Shown piece after piece: positions 47,160 through 56,865 of a stretch of 64,000 nt of DNA. Numbering within the stretch: the stretch's first letter is position 1; each line of letters starts with the position of its first letter. Under the pieces are notes generated by a model, which was not told where the DNA came from, did no database searches, and saw only the letters and a list, made by a program, of their open reading frames with translations. The DNA lies in IMG/VR virus record IMGVR_UViG_3300009703_001822; one strand, written 5' to 3'. The position numbers and the translations under genes were made by a program. This stretch comes from a virus.

Positions 47160-47760
47160 TTTAACACCAGTGGTTCCTGACTTTGAGATAAAGAAACTTT
47201 TATTTACAAGTTCAGGAGAAAATAGATGGGTGTCTATGACAAAGGAACAACTATTTACAGACAAGCGTGTCGTTGTATTTGGTTTGCCTGGTGCGTTTAC
47301 ACCTACATGTTCTACTCAGCAATTGCCTGGGTATGAAGAACTGTATTCTCAATTTAGAGATGCAGGTATTGATGACATTTATTGCGTTACAGTTAATGAT
47401 ACTTTCGTTTGTAGAGAGTGGACATTAGCTAATGAGATTAGAAATGTCAAAGTTATTCCTGATGGTAGTGCAGAGTTTACTATTAAGATGGGAATGGATG
47501 TTCGTAAGGACAACTTAGGATTTGGAATTCGCTCTTGGAGATATGCAGCTATTGTTGATAATAGTAATGTCATACAAGAATTTGTTGAAGAAGGTTTCCA
47601 AGACAACATGGATGGAGATCCTTATGAGGTTAGTGCACCTGAAAATGTACTAGACAATGTAAAGGCATATGGATGGCCAAGCAAGTATGAAGGTGACGAA
47701 GGTAAGCATATAGAACTAGACTTCTCAGAAACGACAGATGTCAAGGAGAAATTATCCTAG
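47152..47760 (+). CDS. Type II peroxiredoxin (Prx5-like)
   Basis: LPGAFTPTCS, VND.FV, PDG...F, RSWRYA. Confidence 0.92.
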   Translation: MASLTPVVPDFEIKKLLFTSSGENRWVSMTKEQLFTDKRVVVFGLPGAFTPTCSTQQLPGYEELYSQFRDAGIDDIYCVTVNDTFVCREWTLANEIRNVKVIPDGSAEFTIKMGMDVRKDNLGFGIRSWRYAAIVDNSNVIQEFVEEGFQDNMDGDPYEVSAPENVLDNVKAYGWPSKYEGDEGKHIELDFSETTDVKEKLS

Positions 47761-47768
47761 ACCTTTTT

Positions 47769-48605
47769 ACCCTCGGAAAATATGGCCGACATTTTGGAGC
47801 AAAAAAAGTTCGCCAAATAATTAGGGAGACAGTATGACAACACCACAACAATTTTTATGGGTAGAGAAATATAGACCCACGACAATAGGAGATTGTATCT
47901 TACCTGAGAGTGTAAAGAAACAGTTCCAACAATTTATAGCAAAGGGAGAAGTTCCTAATCTATTATTAAGTGGAACAGCAGGCACAGGTAAAACAACTAT
48001 TGCACGCGCTTTATGTAATGAACTGAATTGTGATTACATTGTTATTAATGGTAGTGATGAAGGTAGGCAAATAGATACCCTCAGAACTAAGATTAAGCAG
48101 TTTGCGTCAGCAGTATCGTTTGAGGGTAAGACTAAGGTTGTTATACTAGATGAGGCGGACTATATGAACAGAGATAGTGTCCAGCCGGCCCTCAGAGGGT
48201 TCATAGAACACTTTGCTGAGAACTGTAGGTTTATATTTACATGTAACTATTCCAACAGGCTTATAGACCCGTTGCACAGTAGAACAACGGTAATAGACTT
48301 CAAATTAGCACCCTCAGATCGCCCTGTATTAGCCTCTAAGTTCCTAAAAAGGATGGAGTATATACTTACAAATGAGGGTGTAGAGTACAATCAGAGGGTG
48401 CTCGCTGAGCTCCTAAACAAGCATTTTCCCGATTATAGAAGGGTTATAAACGAGTTACAGCGTTATTCTGTAGGGGGAAATATTGATGAAGGCATACTAT
48501 CCAACTTCCAAGAAGTTAATGCTAAGGCCCTTTTAGAGGGTCTGAGAGAGAAGGACTGGCGTAAGATGAGGCAATGGGTAGCAAACAATGTAGACACTGA
48601 CCCTC
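47769..48605. repeat. Dispersed ACCCTC/GAGGGT hexamer cluster
   Basis: Exact copies at 47769, 48077, 48122, 48195, 48310, 48374, 48394, 48536 and 48600, in both orientations. Confidence 0.6.
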
Positions 48606-48775
48606 AGGCTATATTTAGGCAGATATATGATATACTGCTCCCTGAGGTTAAAAGTCCAGCTAGGCTAGTATTGGATATTGCAGATTATCAGTACAAAGCA
48701 GCTTTCGTAGCAGATCAAGAGATTAACTTGACTGCTTGTTTAACACAGATAATGGTAGATTCGGAGTTTAAGTAA
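47834..48775 (+). CDS. gp44: Clamp loader large subunit gp44
   Basis: LWVEKYRP, GTAGTGKTT, LDEAD, PLHSR, FPDYR. Confidence 0.96.
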   Translation: MTTPQQFLWVEKYRPTTIGDCILPESVKKQFQQFIAKGEVPNLLLSGTAGTGKTTIARALCNELNCDYIVINGSDEGRQIDTLRTKIKQFASAVSFEGKTKVVILDEADYMNRDSVQPALRGFIEHFAENCRFIFTCNYSNRLIDPLHSRTTVIDFKLAPSDRPVLASKFLKRMEYILTNEGVEYNQRVLAELLNKHFPDYRRVINELQRYSVGGNIDEGILSNFQEVNAKALLEGLREKDWRKMRQWVANNVDTDPQAIFRQIYDILLPEVKSPARLVLDIADYQYKAAFVADQEINLTACLTQIMVDSEFK

Positions 48776-48873
48776 TGGCACAACCACAACAACAACAAGA
48801 ACCAAGATACACTCCTCAGGAGTGGGAAATAATTAAAAAACAACAACAAGATCCGAGGCATAATCAAGAATAA
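48775..48873 (+). CDS. 32-aa Gln-rich peptide
   Basis: Not in the ORF track. TAATG coupling at both ends; MAQPQQQQEPRYTPQEWEIIKKQQQDPRHNQE*. Confidence 0.5.
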   Translation: MAQPQQQQEPRYTPQEWEIIKKQQQDPRHNQE

Positions 48874-49025
48874 TGGCAAAAGACGCTTGGGTACAAATTC
48901 GTGTAGAAAAGGCCAAAAGAGAAGAAATTAAACAAGAGGCCAAAAAAAGGAACATTAGCGTTTCTGAGCTAATGTTGGAAGGATATGAAACACTCAAAGA
49001 AGGCAAATATATTGACTTTAAGTAG
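48873..49025 (+). CDS. 50-aa ribbon-helix-helix DNA-binding protein
   Basis: Not in the ORF track. MAKDAWVQIRVEKAKREEIKQEAKKRNISVSELMLEGYETLKEGKYIDFK*: alternating beta strand, helix, then SVSEL helix (Arc/CopG pattern). Confidence 0.7.
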   Translation: MAKDAWVQIRVEKAKREEIKQEAKKRNISVSELMLEGYETLKEGKYIDFK

Positions 49026-49176
49026 ATTATGGAGATTGTGGTGTTTATCATTAGGCGACAAAGCAAGTGATGATTCCAATGAAGCAGATCAGATTGCTAT
49101 TATGAGGACTATTGTAGTTTTAGTAAATTTTGCTACATGTTTCTTTATTGTAGCAGGTGTATTAAGGCATTGGTAA
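48985..49176 (+). CDS. Small membrane protein (true start probably later)
   Basis: WRLW..SLG.KA.....EAD.IA..RT plus hydrophobic C-terminus. Confidence 0.55.
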   Translation: MKHSKKANILTLSRLWRLWCLSLGDKASDDSNEADQIAIMRTIVVLVNFATCFFIVAGVLRHW

Positions 49177-49177
49177 T

Positions 49178-49636
49178 ATGACAGACGCAATATTAGAAGG
49201 ATTTGGCGATCCTATTAAAGAAATAGATGAAAGTGAGTTTGAACACAAACTCAAGAAGATATCTCCTTTTGATTATGCTAATAGTATCTACAATAAAGAT
49301 AATTTAATGATTGATGAAAGGACAGAAAAAGAATATAATCCGTTTATTGTAAATCGTGCAATGGGCTTTGGTAAAGACACATGCATTGCCGCTAATGAAA
49401 TGAATTCCAGACCACATTTAGATAATAAACTACAATATGACTTTCTTATGGATGTCGTAAGGAAAGGCAAGCGTTATAATAAGTGGCTAAAAAGTGAAGA
49501 AGAAAATATAGAAGCAATACAAAAATTCTTCGGTTATTCGTTTATTAAGGCAAAGGAAACACTAAATCTGTTAAGTGATACACAGATTGATATCATAAAA
49601 GTATATTTGGAGAACTCAAAAGGCGGAAAGGCATAA
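49178..49636 (+). CDS. gp62: Clamp loader small subunit gp62
   Basis: YNPFIVNR, ANEMN, QYDFL, KRYNKWLK, C-terminal KGG. Confidence 0.92.
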   Translation: MTDAILEGFGDPIKEIDESEFEHKLKKISPFDYANSIYNKDNLMIDERTEKEYNPFIVNRAMGFGKDTCIAANEMNSRPHLDNKLQYDFLMDVVRKGKRYNKWLKSEEENIEAIQKFFGYSFIKAKETLNLLSDTQIDIIKVYLENSKGGKA

Positions 49637-49685
49637 ATACCTGTAGTAACTTAATTATTTAAAAACATACAGGCAATTTATTGAA

Positions 49686-50105
49686 ATGAGTGATCAAGAG
49701 AATTACTTTAACATAGACTATCCAGGGTATTCACCCCTAGAAGTTTCCTTAAATGACTCAGAAGATTTTTTGAAAGTCAGGGAAACTTTATCTCGGATTG
49801 GAGTAGCTTCTAAAAAGGACAAGGTCCTTTATCAGTCATGCCATATTCTACACAAGAAAGGTAGGTACTTTATAACACACTTTAAAGAACTATTTGCTCT
49901 TGATGGCAAGGAAGCAGACTTTCAAGATAACGATTTACAAAGACGAAATACTATTGCTAAACTTTTACAAGATTGGGGTTTAGTAAGTATTATGACAGAG
50001 GTAGAAGATTACGCACCTCTAAGTCAGATTAAGATTATATCGTTTAAAGAGAAAGGTGAGTGGGAGCTAATCCCCAAATACAACATTGGAAAGAAAGTTA
50101 AATAA
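49686..50105 (+). CDS. regA: Translational repressor RegA
   Basis: DFLKVRETLSRIG, LYQSCHILHK.GRY.I.HFKE. Confidence 0.96.
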   Translation: MSDQENYFNIDYPGYSPLEVSLNDSEDFLKVRETLSRIGVASKKDKVLYQSCHILHKKGRYFITHFKELFALDGKEADFQDNDLQRRNTIAKLLQDWGLVSIMTEVEDYAPLSQIKIISFKEKGEWELIPKYNIGKKVK

Positions 50106-51369
50106 AAACCAGATACAAGCCCTTCAAATCATAAAGGACGAACAGGACAATGTAGGGCCTGGTTTCTGCGTGCTAAAATGGTATCATTTAGAAATGCACT
50201 TAGGAACAGGCGAAAGTCATTCTTGTTATCATTGCCCCACACAAAAAATTCCACTAGGAGCTGACTTACACAATACACCTCAAAAAATAGAAAAAAGAGC
50301 TGAGATGTTGCAAGGCAACAAACCTTCAGAGTGCTCTTATTGTTGGGAGGTAGAGGATCTTGATTTAATCTCAGATAGACAAACTCTTGCAGTACAATTT
50401 TTTAAACATAATCGAGATATAGTAAAAGAGGCAACTGATGCTGGCTTAGGTTATGTTTATCCTAAATATTTAGAATTATCTTTCACCAATAAATGTCAAA
50501 TGGCATGCAGTTATTGTGGACCTACATTTAGCACAGCATGGGGAAAAGAAATAGATGAGCATGGACCTTATAATTTATCTAAACCTTATAATTTACCTCA
50601 AACACCACAACTAGAAAACTCTCCCTATGTATCTAAGTTTTGGAAATGGTTTCCACAAGCATACGAACATTTATTTACTCTTAGAGTAACAGGAGGTGAA
50701 CCTTTATTAGATAAGAATACATATAAACTTCTAGAATATGTTAAAGAGCATCCTAGAAAAGGATTAACATTTCATTGTAATTCTAATCTTATGGTTTCAG
50801 CAAATAGAGTACAAAAATATATTGACCTAGTAAAAGATGTGCCTAATACAAAACTTTATGCCAGTGTTGACTCATGGGGAAAAGAAGCAGAGTATATTAG
50901 ACATGGTTTAGACATAGATCATTTTGAGGAAAATTTAATTAGATTATTAGCACAAGGAATACATGTAGGTATTATGTGTACATTTAATTTTTTATCTATT
51001 CCTAATCTTAGTGGTTTTATATTTAAGATGGCAGAACTTAAAATACAATTTGGAGATTTAATAACAATTGATATGCCTTATATGGTTTCTCCAGCACACC
51101 TTTCAGCACAAATTTCTGATGATACTCATATAAGTATAATGGAAGAAGGATTAAAAGAAATGCAACTTTATCCTTTTTCTTTAGGCGAAATAGAAAAATT
51201 TAAAAAGACTGTAGGTTGGATAAAGGCAAATAGATTTCAAGATTTAGAACTACTAAAACACAGAAGAGATTTTTGGCATTTTGTATATGAACATGATAAA
51301 AGAAGAGGCACAAATATTAAAGATGCCTTTCCTGATTTAGGATTTGATAATGATAAACTTCGAGGGTAA
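50086..51369 (+). CDS. Radical SAM protein with Twitch-like N-terminal Cys domain
   Basis: FC..KW, SCYHC, CSYCW, NKCQMACSYC, TGGEP, YIR.G. Confidence 0.82.
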   Translation: MERKLNKNQIQALQIIKDEQDNVGPGFCVLKWYHLEMHLGTGESHSCYHCPTQKIPLGADLHNTPQKIEKRAEMLQGNKPSECSYCWEVEDLDLISDRQTLAVQFFKHNRDIVKEATDAGLGYVYPKYLELSFTNKCQMACSYCGPTFSTAWGKEIDEHGPYNLSKPYNLPQTPQLENSPYVSKFWKWFPQAYEHLFTLRVTGGEPLLDKNTYKLLEYVKEHPRKGLTFHCNSNLMVSANRVQKYIDLVKDVPNTKLYASVDSWGKEAEYIRHGLDIDHFEENLIRLLAQGIHVGIMCTFNFLSIPNLSGFIFKMAELKIQFGDLITIDMPYMVSPAHLSAQISDDTHISIMEEGLKEMQLYPFSLGEIEKFKKTVGWIKANRFQDLELLKHRRDFWHFVYEHDKRRGTNIKDAFPDLGFDNDKLRG

Positions 51370-52021
51370 ATACTCAATATATAGCGCTAACAATCCTTTT
51401 ATAGCAGTGGTAGATAATTTACTACCTGATGATGTAATAGATGAATTAGCAAAAGATATAGATGAGCAGTGTAATTTTGAAAGAGCAAAGGTAGTATCAG
51501 AAGATGGTGGTTCTAAAGAGCATTATAGTAGGACAAATAAAGTAGCCAATAATTCACTTGACTACAACAAATCTCAAGCAGCACAAAACTTTTTAAAAAT
51601 TGCGAGTATGCTTATTCGCTTACACCCTTCACAGGCAGAACCTTTACAGATAGTCAAATATGATTTAGGTGAACAATACGAACCTCATAGTGATTGCTTT
51701 ACACAAGAAACATTAACAAAAAACAAACCAGAAGCAGGACAAAGAATAGCAACAGTATTATTATATTTAAATGATGTTGTAGAGGGAGGTTATACATCAT
51801 TCCCTAATATGAATATATCTGTAGAACCTAGAAAAGGTAGAGCTATAGTCTTTACTACAACACATACAGGAACAGAAAAACCTCTTGATTTAGCCAATCA
51901 TGGCGCTGAAATGGTTATTAGAGGTGAAAAAACAGCAGTAAATTTATGGTTTAGAACTGGTGTATATAACCAGGAACTCTACCAAAAAATGGAAGAACAA
52001 AGTGCAAACTCTTATAAATAG
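51344..52021 (+). CDS. 2OG-Fe(II) prolyl-4-hydroxylase-like oxygenase
   Basis: EPLQIVKY, HSD, R.AT.LLYLNDV.EGG.T.FP, H....V..GEK. Confidence 0.88.
   Translation: MIMINFEGKYSIYSANNPFIAVVDNLLPDDVIDELAKDIDEQCNFERAKVVSEDGGSKEHYSRTNKVANNSLDYNKSQAAQNFLKIASMLIRLHPSQAEPLQIVKYDLGEQYEPHSDCFTQETLTKNKPEAGQRIATVLLYLNDVVEGGYTSFPNMNISVEPRKGRAIVFTTTHTGTEKPLDLANHGAEMVIRGEKTAVNLWFRTGVYNQELYQKMEEQSANSYK
52013..52020 (+). promoter_or_regulatory. T4 late promoter for hsp20
   Basis: TATAAATA. Confidence 0.7.
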
Positions 52022-52029
52022 TAATTGGA

Positions 52030-52165
52030 AAGGAAGGAATACCTTGTTTTTAGATGCCGTCGCTTTCGAGCATAGGATTCTTTTAACTTGGGCGTCCTTC
52101 TGGACCACTAGATGCCGAAAGGGTCTTGGTATATTAACCTTGCTAACTAATAGGAGGAAACTAAA
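52030..52165 (+). ncRNA. Structured hsp20 leader, ROSE-like RNA thermometer
   Basis: Hairpins GAAGGA/TCCTTC, GCT-TTCG-AGC and ACCA..GCC-GAAA-GG..TGGT; final CCTTGCT(52138)/AGGAGG(52152) sequesters the SD. Confidence 0.65.
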
Positions 52166-52612
52166 ATGGTAAGATTAAACACGACTAACTGGAACGATTT
52201 TGTTTCAGCATTCCCACAAGTAGAAAGTAGATTGATTGGATTTGACAGAGTATTTGATGCTGTTACCAAACTTCACACCGTTGAAGGCGGACAATCTAAT
52301 TCTTTCCCACCTTATAATATTAAAAAACTAGACGCTGAGAATTATGAAATTCAAATTGCTCTTGCAGGCTTTAGTAAGTCTGAATTAGATATTGTTGTGG
52401 AAGACGGCAACCTTGTCGTTAAAGGTGAACAAGAGAAATCAGAAGATGAATTCTTGCACAAAGGAATTGCAGAACGCAATTTCACTAGAACATGGGCATT
52501 AGCAGATGATGTTAAAGTTACAAGTTCTAAATTGAAAGATGGAGTATTATCTATTTCTTTGGTACATGAAATACCTGAGGAAAAGAAACCTACTTCGATA
52601 GAAATTAAATAA
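52166..52612 (+). CDS. hsp20: Small heat-shock protein (IbpA-like)
   Basis: IGFDR, FPPYNI, ALAGF, LHKGIA.R.F.R, IPEEKKP..IEI. Confidence 0.95.
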   Translation: MVRLNTTNWNDFVSAFPQVESRLIGFDRVFDAVTKLHTVEGGQSNSFPPYNIKKLDAENYEIQIALAGFSKSELDIVVEDGNLVVKGEQEKSEDEFLHKGIAERNFTRTWALADDVKVTSSKLKDGVLSISLVHEIPEEKKPTSIEIK

Positions 52613-52631
52613 TTAATAGGAGAGAAGGAGC

Positions 52632-52982
52632 ATGTCAAACATTCAAATCGTTAAACTTACAACAGGCGAGGATTTAATAGGTGATGTTACTGAATCTGAA
52701 ATAGACGGAAGAGGTTTTCTAGTTATAGATAAACCTGCAATTATCATGATGATGCCTAAACCTGGAAGTGATACTGATTTTGGCGTGGGACTTGCTCCTT
52801 ACGCTCCCTTCAGTAAAGATCACAAAGTACCAATTTTTCCAACTCATGTAGTGTCTATATATGATCCCGGTAAAGAAATGCTAAACTCATACAATTCCAA
52901 ATATGGATCAGGACTTGTTCAGCCAGACTTTATAAATAAAAAGGTGTTGAACGAGGCGAAAGCCAATCCTAAAGGAAAGTAA
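52632..52982 (+). CDS. Conserved T4-like hypothetical protein (Sm-like)
   Basis: IVKLTTGEDLI, Y...YGSGLV. Confidence 0.6.
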   Translation: MSNIQIVKLTTGEDLIGDVTESEIDGRGFLVIDKPAIIMMMPKPGSDTDFGVGLAPYAPFSKDHKVPIFPTHVVSIYDPGKEMLNSYNSKYGSGLVQPDFINKKVLNEAKANPKGK

Positions 52983-53384
52983 ATGTATGAATACAGAATA
53001 AATATTGCTAAAATAATAGACGGAGATACAGTAGATGTGGACATTGACCTCGGTTTCGGTGTCTGGCTCAAGAAGCAGAGAATACGATTGTATGGGATTG
53101 ATACTCCCGAAAGTAGAACCCGTGACCTCGACGAAAAAAGATATGGACTCATGGCGAAGAAGTTCCTTACGGAACAAATCAAAGATGGAGCTATACTCAA
53201 AACAAGGCTCGATAAAAAAGGAAAATACGGTAGGATACTTGGTGAATTTATTAGTTTAGATGGTAATACAAATATCAATGAACTAATGATACACAAACAT
53301 CATGCTGTTTCTTATCATGGCGCAAGTAAAGCAGATATAGCAGAAGGCCACTTGCGTAATAGGACCAGAGTTAAAGAAATCTAA
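52983..53384 (+). CDS. Thermonuclease (SNase)-family nuclease
   Basis: IIDGDT.DV.IDLGF, RIRL.GIDTPE, GKYGRIL. Confidence 0.88.
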   Translation: MYEYRINIAKIIDGDTVDVDIDLGFGVWLKKQRIRLYGIDTPESRTRDLDEKRYGLMAKKFLTEQIKDGAILKTRLDKKGKYGRILGEFISLDGNTNINELMIHKHHAVSYHGASKADIAEGHLRNRTRVKEI

Positions 53385-53413
53385 TTGACTCTAGGTTCGA
53401 AAGAGCCTATAAT
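53385..53413 (+). promoter_or_regulatory. Sigma70-like promoter for gp43
   Basis: TTGACT-CTAGGTTCGAAAGAGCC-TATAAT. Confidence 0.8.
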
Positions 53414-53439
53414 GTGTATATTATGATTAAGGTGTTGTT

Positions 53440-55941
53440 ATGAACTTTTATACTTATGCTAGACATTACGGGGACAAAATATTGTTCCGAGGTGTCGACT
53501 CAGATGGTAGTAGAGTAACTGCCAGACGAGATTTTAGACCTACATTATTTGTTAAGTCTGACAAACCCTCTAAATACAGATCTATATATGGCGAACAAGT
53601 GTCGCCTATTAGCTTCGACAATAATAAGGAGGCAACTGCCTTCTTTGACAGATACAAAGATGTGGAAAACTATCCTATCTTTGGACAAAACTATTACGCA
53701 TACCAATACATCACCGAGAAATATCCTGGTGTTGTAGCATGGGATGCTAAGCACATAGCCATTTACTCTATTGATATTGAAACAACGAGTGAAGGTGGCT
53801 TCCCGAATGTGGACTCTCCTAGCGAGAAGGTGTTAGTTATAACTCTACAAAACAACAACACCAAGAAGATAACAACCTTTGGTCTGGGAGAGTTCACTCC
53901 AACTGAAACTACAAGTCATTTAGATATAGATTATATCAAGTGTGAAACTGAGGCAGAATTATTAGAATCTTTCCTCTCATGGTGGGAGGATAATTGTCCT
54001 GATATTATTACAGGTTGGAATAGTAATTTGTTTGACATGCCTTATCTTATTACAAGAACAGTTAGGGTACTAGGTGAGAACGAACACAAAAGATTCTCTC
54101 CTTTTAAGTTAATTAACAAACGCCCTATTAGGTTTGCAGCAGGTAGGGAGATGACAGCATTTGAAATTACAGGTGTTGCACAATTAGATTATTTAGACTT
54201 ATATAAGAAGTTTACTTATGTGACTCGAGAGTCTTATAAACTAGACTTTATTGCAGAGACAGAACTAGGTAAAAGAAAACTAGAGTCAGGCTTTGACACA
54301 TTTAAAGAGTTCTATGAGAAAGATTGGAATAGGTTTGTAGAATATAATATTATAGATACAGTTCTTGTTGATGAGTTAGAAGATAAAATGAAACTTATTG
54401 AACTTGCTATTACAATGGCATATGATGCCAAGTGTAATTATAATGATGTATTCTCAGCAGTTAGAACCTGGGATAGTTTACTCTACAATCATTTGTGGGA
54501 GAAGGACATTGTTATACACCAAGGTGGTGGTAGAAAAGATAGACAAATAGAAGGTGCTTTTGTACAAGAACCTGTCCCTGGAGGTTATGATTGGGTGGCA
54601 AGTTTCGATGCTACAAGTCTATATCCTTCTATCCTTATGCAACATAACATGAGTCCTGAAACTATTGTTCCTGGATTTAAATATGATGTAACAGTAGACG
54701 ATCAACTAGATAGATATCAGTTAGATAAACTTAAGGAAAAGAACTATACTATGGCAGGCAATGGTTCCTGTTATACAAGGGACAAGCGAGGTTTGTTTCC
54801 TGAGATTGTACAAAAGTTCTTTGATGACAGATTAAGATACAAGAAACTAATGCAGAAGGCACAAGCAGACTTTCAAGAAACAGGTGCCTTACATCACAAG
54901 AATGAGATATCTAAATACAACAATTTCCAGATGGCTAGAAAGATTCAACTAAACAGCTTATATGGTGCCCTTGCTAATCAGTATTTTAGATTCTATGATG
55001 ATAGAATAGCAGAAGGCATTACAATGTCAGGACAATTAATTATTCGAGATACTGCTAAGGCTCTCGATGCCTATATGAACAAAGTATGTGGCACAGATGA
55101 CAAAGTATATTCTTTTTATAGTGATACTGACTCTTGCTATGTAACTTGTAAGAACATGGTAGATAACTTCTTCCCTGACAAGGATACTTCTAAAATTACA
55201 GAACTCCTAGATAAGATAGGAACAGATAAGATAGAGCCTGCTATAGATCAGGCAATGATTAAACTTGCTAATTACACTAATGCCTTTGAAAAGAAAATAT
55301 TCTTCAAGCGTGAGGTTATCGCAGACAAAGGTGTGTTTGTGGCAAAGAAAAGATATGCCTTGAATGTATTAGATGATGAAGGACTAAGACTAAAAGATCC
55401 TAAACTAAAGGTTATGGGTTTAGAAATTGTAAGGTCCTCGACACCAGGTCCTGTTCGAGATAGTTTGAAAGAGGCAGTTCGTCTTGTACTTACTTCTGAG
55501 GAAGAGGAGTTACATGATTATATCGAGAAAACAAAAGCAGAGTTCAACGCCCTGGCAGCTGAGGATATTGCCTTTCCTAGAGGTTGTAATAATTTGCGGA
55601 AGTACTATTCTTCCTCAGATATTTACACAAAAGGCACACCTATACATGTCCGAGGCAGTTTACTCTACAACAATCTAATTAAGAAAAATAATTTGTTTGT
55701 TAAGTATGAACAGATACAAGAAGGTGATAAGATTAAATTCTTATACTTGAAGGAACCTAACAATATAGGCGAGAATACTATTGCCTTTGTTACAAAACTA
55801 CCTTCAGAGTTTGATGTTCATAAGTATGTAGACTATGATTTAATATTTGAAAAAGCATTTGTGGAACCTTTAAAGAACATTCTCAATCCTATAGGCTGGA
55901 ATACAGAACCACAAGCAACATTGGAGGACTTGTTTAGATGA
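53440..55941 (+). CDS. gp43: DNA polymerase gp43 (family B)
   Basis: DIET, SFDATSLYPS, KIQLNSLYG, YSDTDS, KKRY, C-terminal LEDLF clamp motif. Confidence 0.98.
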   Translation: MNFYTYARHYGDKILFRGVDSDGSRVTARRDFRPTLFVKSDKPSKYRSIYGEQVSPISFDNNKEATAFFDRYKDVENYPIFGQNYYAYQYITEKYPGVVAWDAKHIAIYSIDIETTSEGGFPNVDSPSEKVLVITLQNNNTKKITTFGLGEFTPTETTSHLDIDYIKCETEAELLESFLSWWEDNCPDIITGWNSNLFDMPYLITRTVRVLGENEHKRFSPFKLINKRPIRFAAGREMTAFEITGVAQLDYLDLYKKFTYVTRESYKLDFIAETELGKRKLESGFDTFKEFYEKDWNRFVEYNIIDTVLVDELEDKMKLIELAITMAYDAKCNYNDVFSAVRTWDSLLYNHLWEKDIVIHQGGGRKDRQIEGAFVQEPVPGGYDWVASFDATSLYPSILMQHNMSPETIVPGFKYDVTVDDQLDRYQLDKLKEKNYTMAGNGSCYTRDKRGLFPEIVQKFFDDRLRYKKLMQKAQADFQETGALHHKNEISKYNNFQMARKIQLNSLYGALANQYFRFYDDRIAEGITMSGQLIIRDTAKALDAYMNKVCGTDDKVYSFYSDTDSCYVTCKNMVDNFFPDKDTSKITELLDKIGTDKIEPAIDQAMIKLANYTNAFEKKIFFKREVIADKGVFVAKKRYALNVLDDEGLRLKDPKLKVMGLEIVRSSTPGPVRDSLKEAVRLVLTSEEEELHDYIEKTKAEFNALAAEDIAFPRGCNNLRKYYSSSDIYTKGTPIHVRGSLLYNNLIKKNNLFVKYEQIQEGDKIKFLYLKEPNNIGENTIAFVTKLPSEFDVHKYVDYDLIFEKAFVEPLKNILNPIGWNTEPQATLEDLFR

Positions 55942-56516
55942 TTAAAAGTTTTTGGCCTAATGAGTGGCCGTTTGAACAAATTGTAAGTCAGTTACCTGAT
56001 AAAGGTAATCTAATTGAAATAGGAACTTATTTAGGTAAATCTGCTATAGCATGGGCTGATGAGTTTAACAAAGCAGATAAAGATTGGAATATTCATACTA
56101 TTGATTCCTTTAGTGGTATTCCTAATGTTTGGAGTGAAGACAATCCTAACATAGAATTTTTCAAGAGCTTAGTAATAAGTGGAGAGGAACAATTAAAACA
56201 GTTTAAGGAAAATATAGAAGGTAAAGATAACATTACATGGGAAAAAATATTTTGGACACCAGATTACAAAACAGATGAATGGTATGATGTTTTATTTTAT
56301 GATGGCGCTCACGGATATGGAAACTGTAAACAAGCATTAGAATATTGGGTAGACAGAACAGAATGTATGGTTATAGATGATTACGATACAAAGCATCCAG
56401 GTACAATGGAGGCAGTAGATGAAGTATATGCTTCTATGAGAGATCCTAAAGAGTTTGAACAAATTTGTGTTGAAGGAAAACAAATAGCAGTAATTTGGAG
56501 TATAAAAATACCATGA
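55938..56516 (+). CDS. Class I SAM methyltransferase (Methyltransf_24-like)
   Basis: IEIGTYLGKS, IDSF, FYDGAH.Y, IDDY. Confidence 0.8.
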   Translation: MIKSFWPNEWPFEQIVSQLPDKGNLIEIGTYLGKSAIAWADEFNKADKDWNIHTIDSFSGIPNVWSEDNPNIEFFKSLVISGEEQLKQFKENIEGKDNITWEKIFWTPDYKTDEWYDVLFYDGAHGYGNCKQALEYWVDRTECMVIDDYDTKHPGTMEAVDEVYASMRDPKEFEQICVEGKQIAVIWSIKIP

Positions 56517-56683
56517 AAAATAAAGACGAAAGAGATAGCCACTTCATATATAGCATATGGAAAAGTGGTTTTAGAGTAGGCGGTTGTGTGATACCATTTG
56601 TATTCATGGAACCATGGGCATGGCAAGTATTTTTAGGAGCATTTTTTGTTGCTGAAATACTAGGAATTATTGAGGAGATATAA
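56513..56683 (+). CDS. Small membrane protein
   Basis: HF..S..KS..R and AE.LGI.EE patterns; hydrophobic. Confidence 0.55.
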   Translation: MKNKDERDSHFIYSIWKSGFRVGGCVIPFVFMEPWAWQVFLGAFFVAEILGIIEEI

Positions 56684-56865
56684 TGGGAACAAGAGCGTGG
56701 TATAAAAAAGGCATAAATGCTAGAAGGGAGGGTGCTTTAGAAAGACTTAGAGCATCTAAATTTACACCAAAAATTGTAAAAGGAAAAGAACGCAATGAAA
56801 AGAACTGGACAAAGAAGAAAGAGGAACAAATTGAAACTCTTGAATCCAGAACTAGAATCTCATAA
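56683..56865 (+). CDS. Small basic hypothetical protein
   Basis: Coupled start, GAGGAG RBS. Confidence 0.55.
   Translation: MGTRAWYKKGINARREGALERLRASKFTPKIVKGKERNEKNWTKKKEEQIETLESRTRIS

Noticed and set aside
51960-52172. 70-aa ORF upstream of hsp20
   Set aside because: It overlaps the late promoter and structured leader and has no convincing start.
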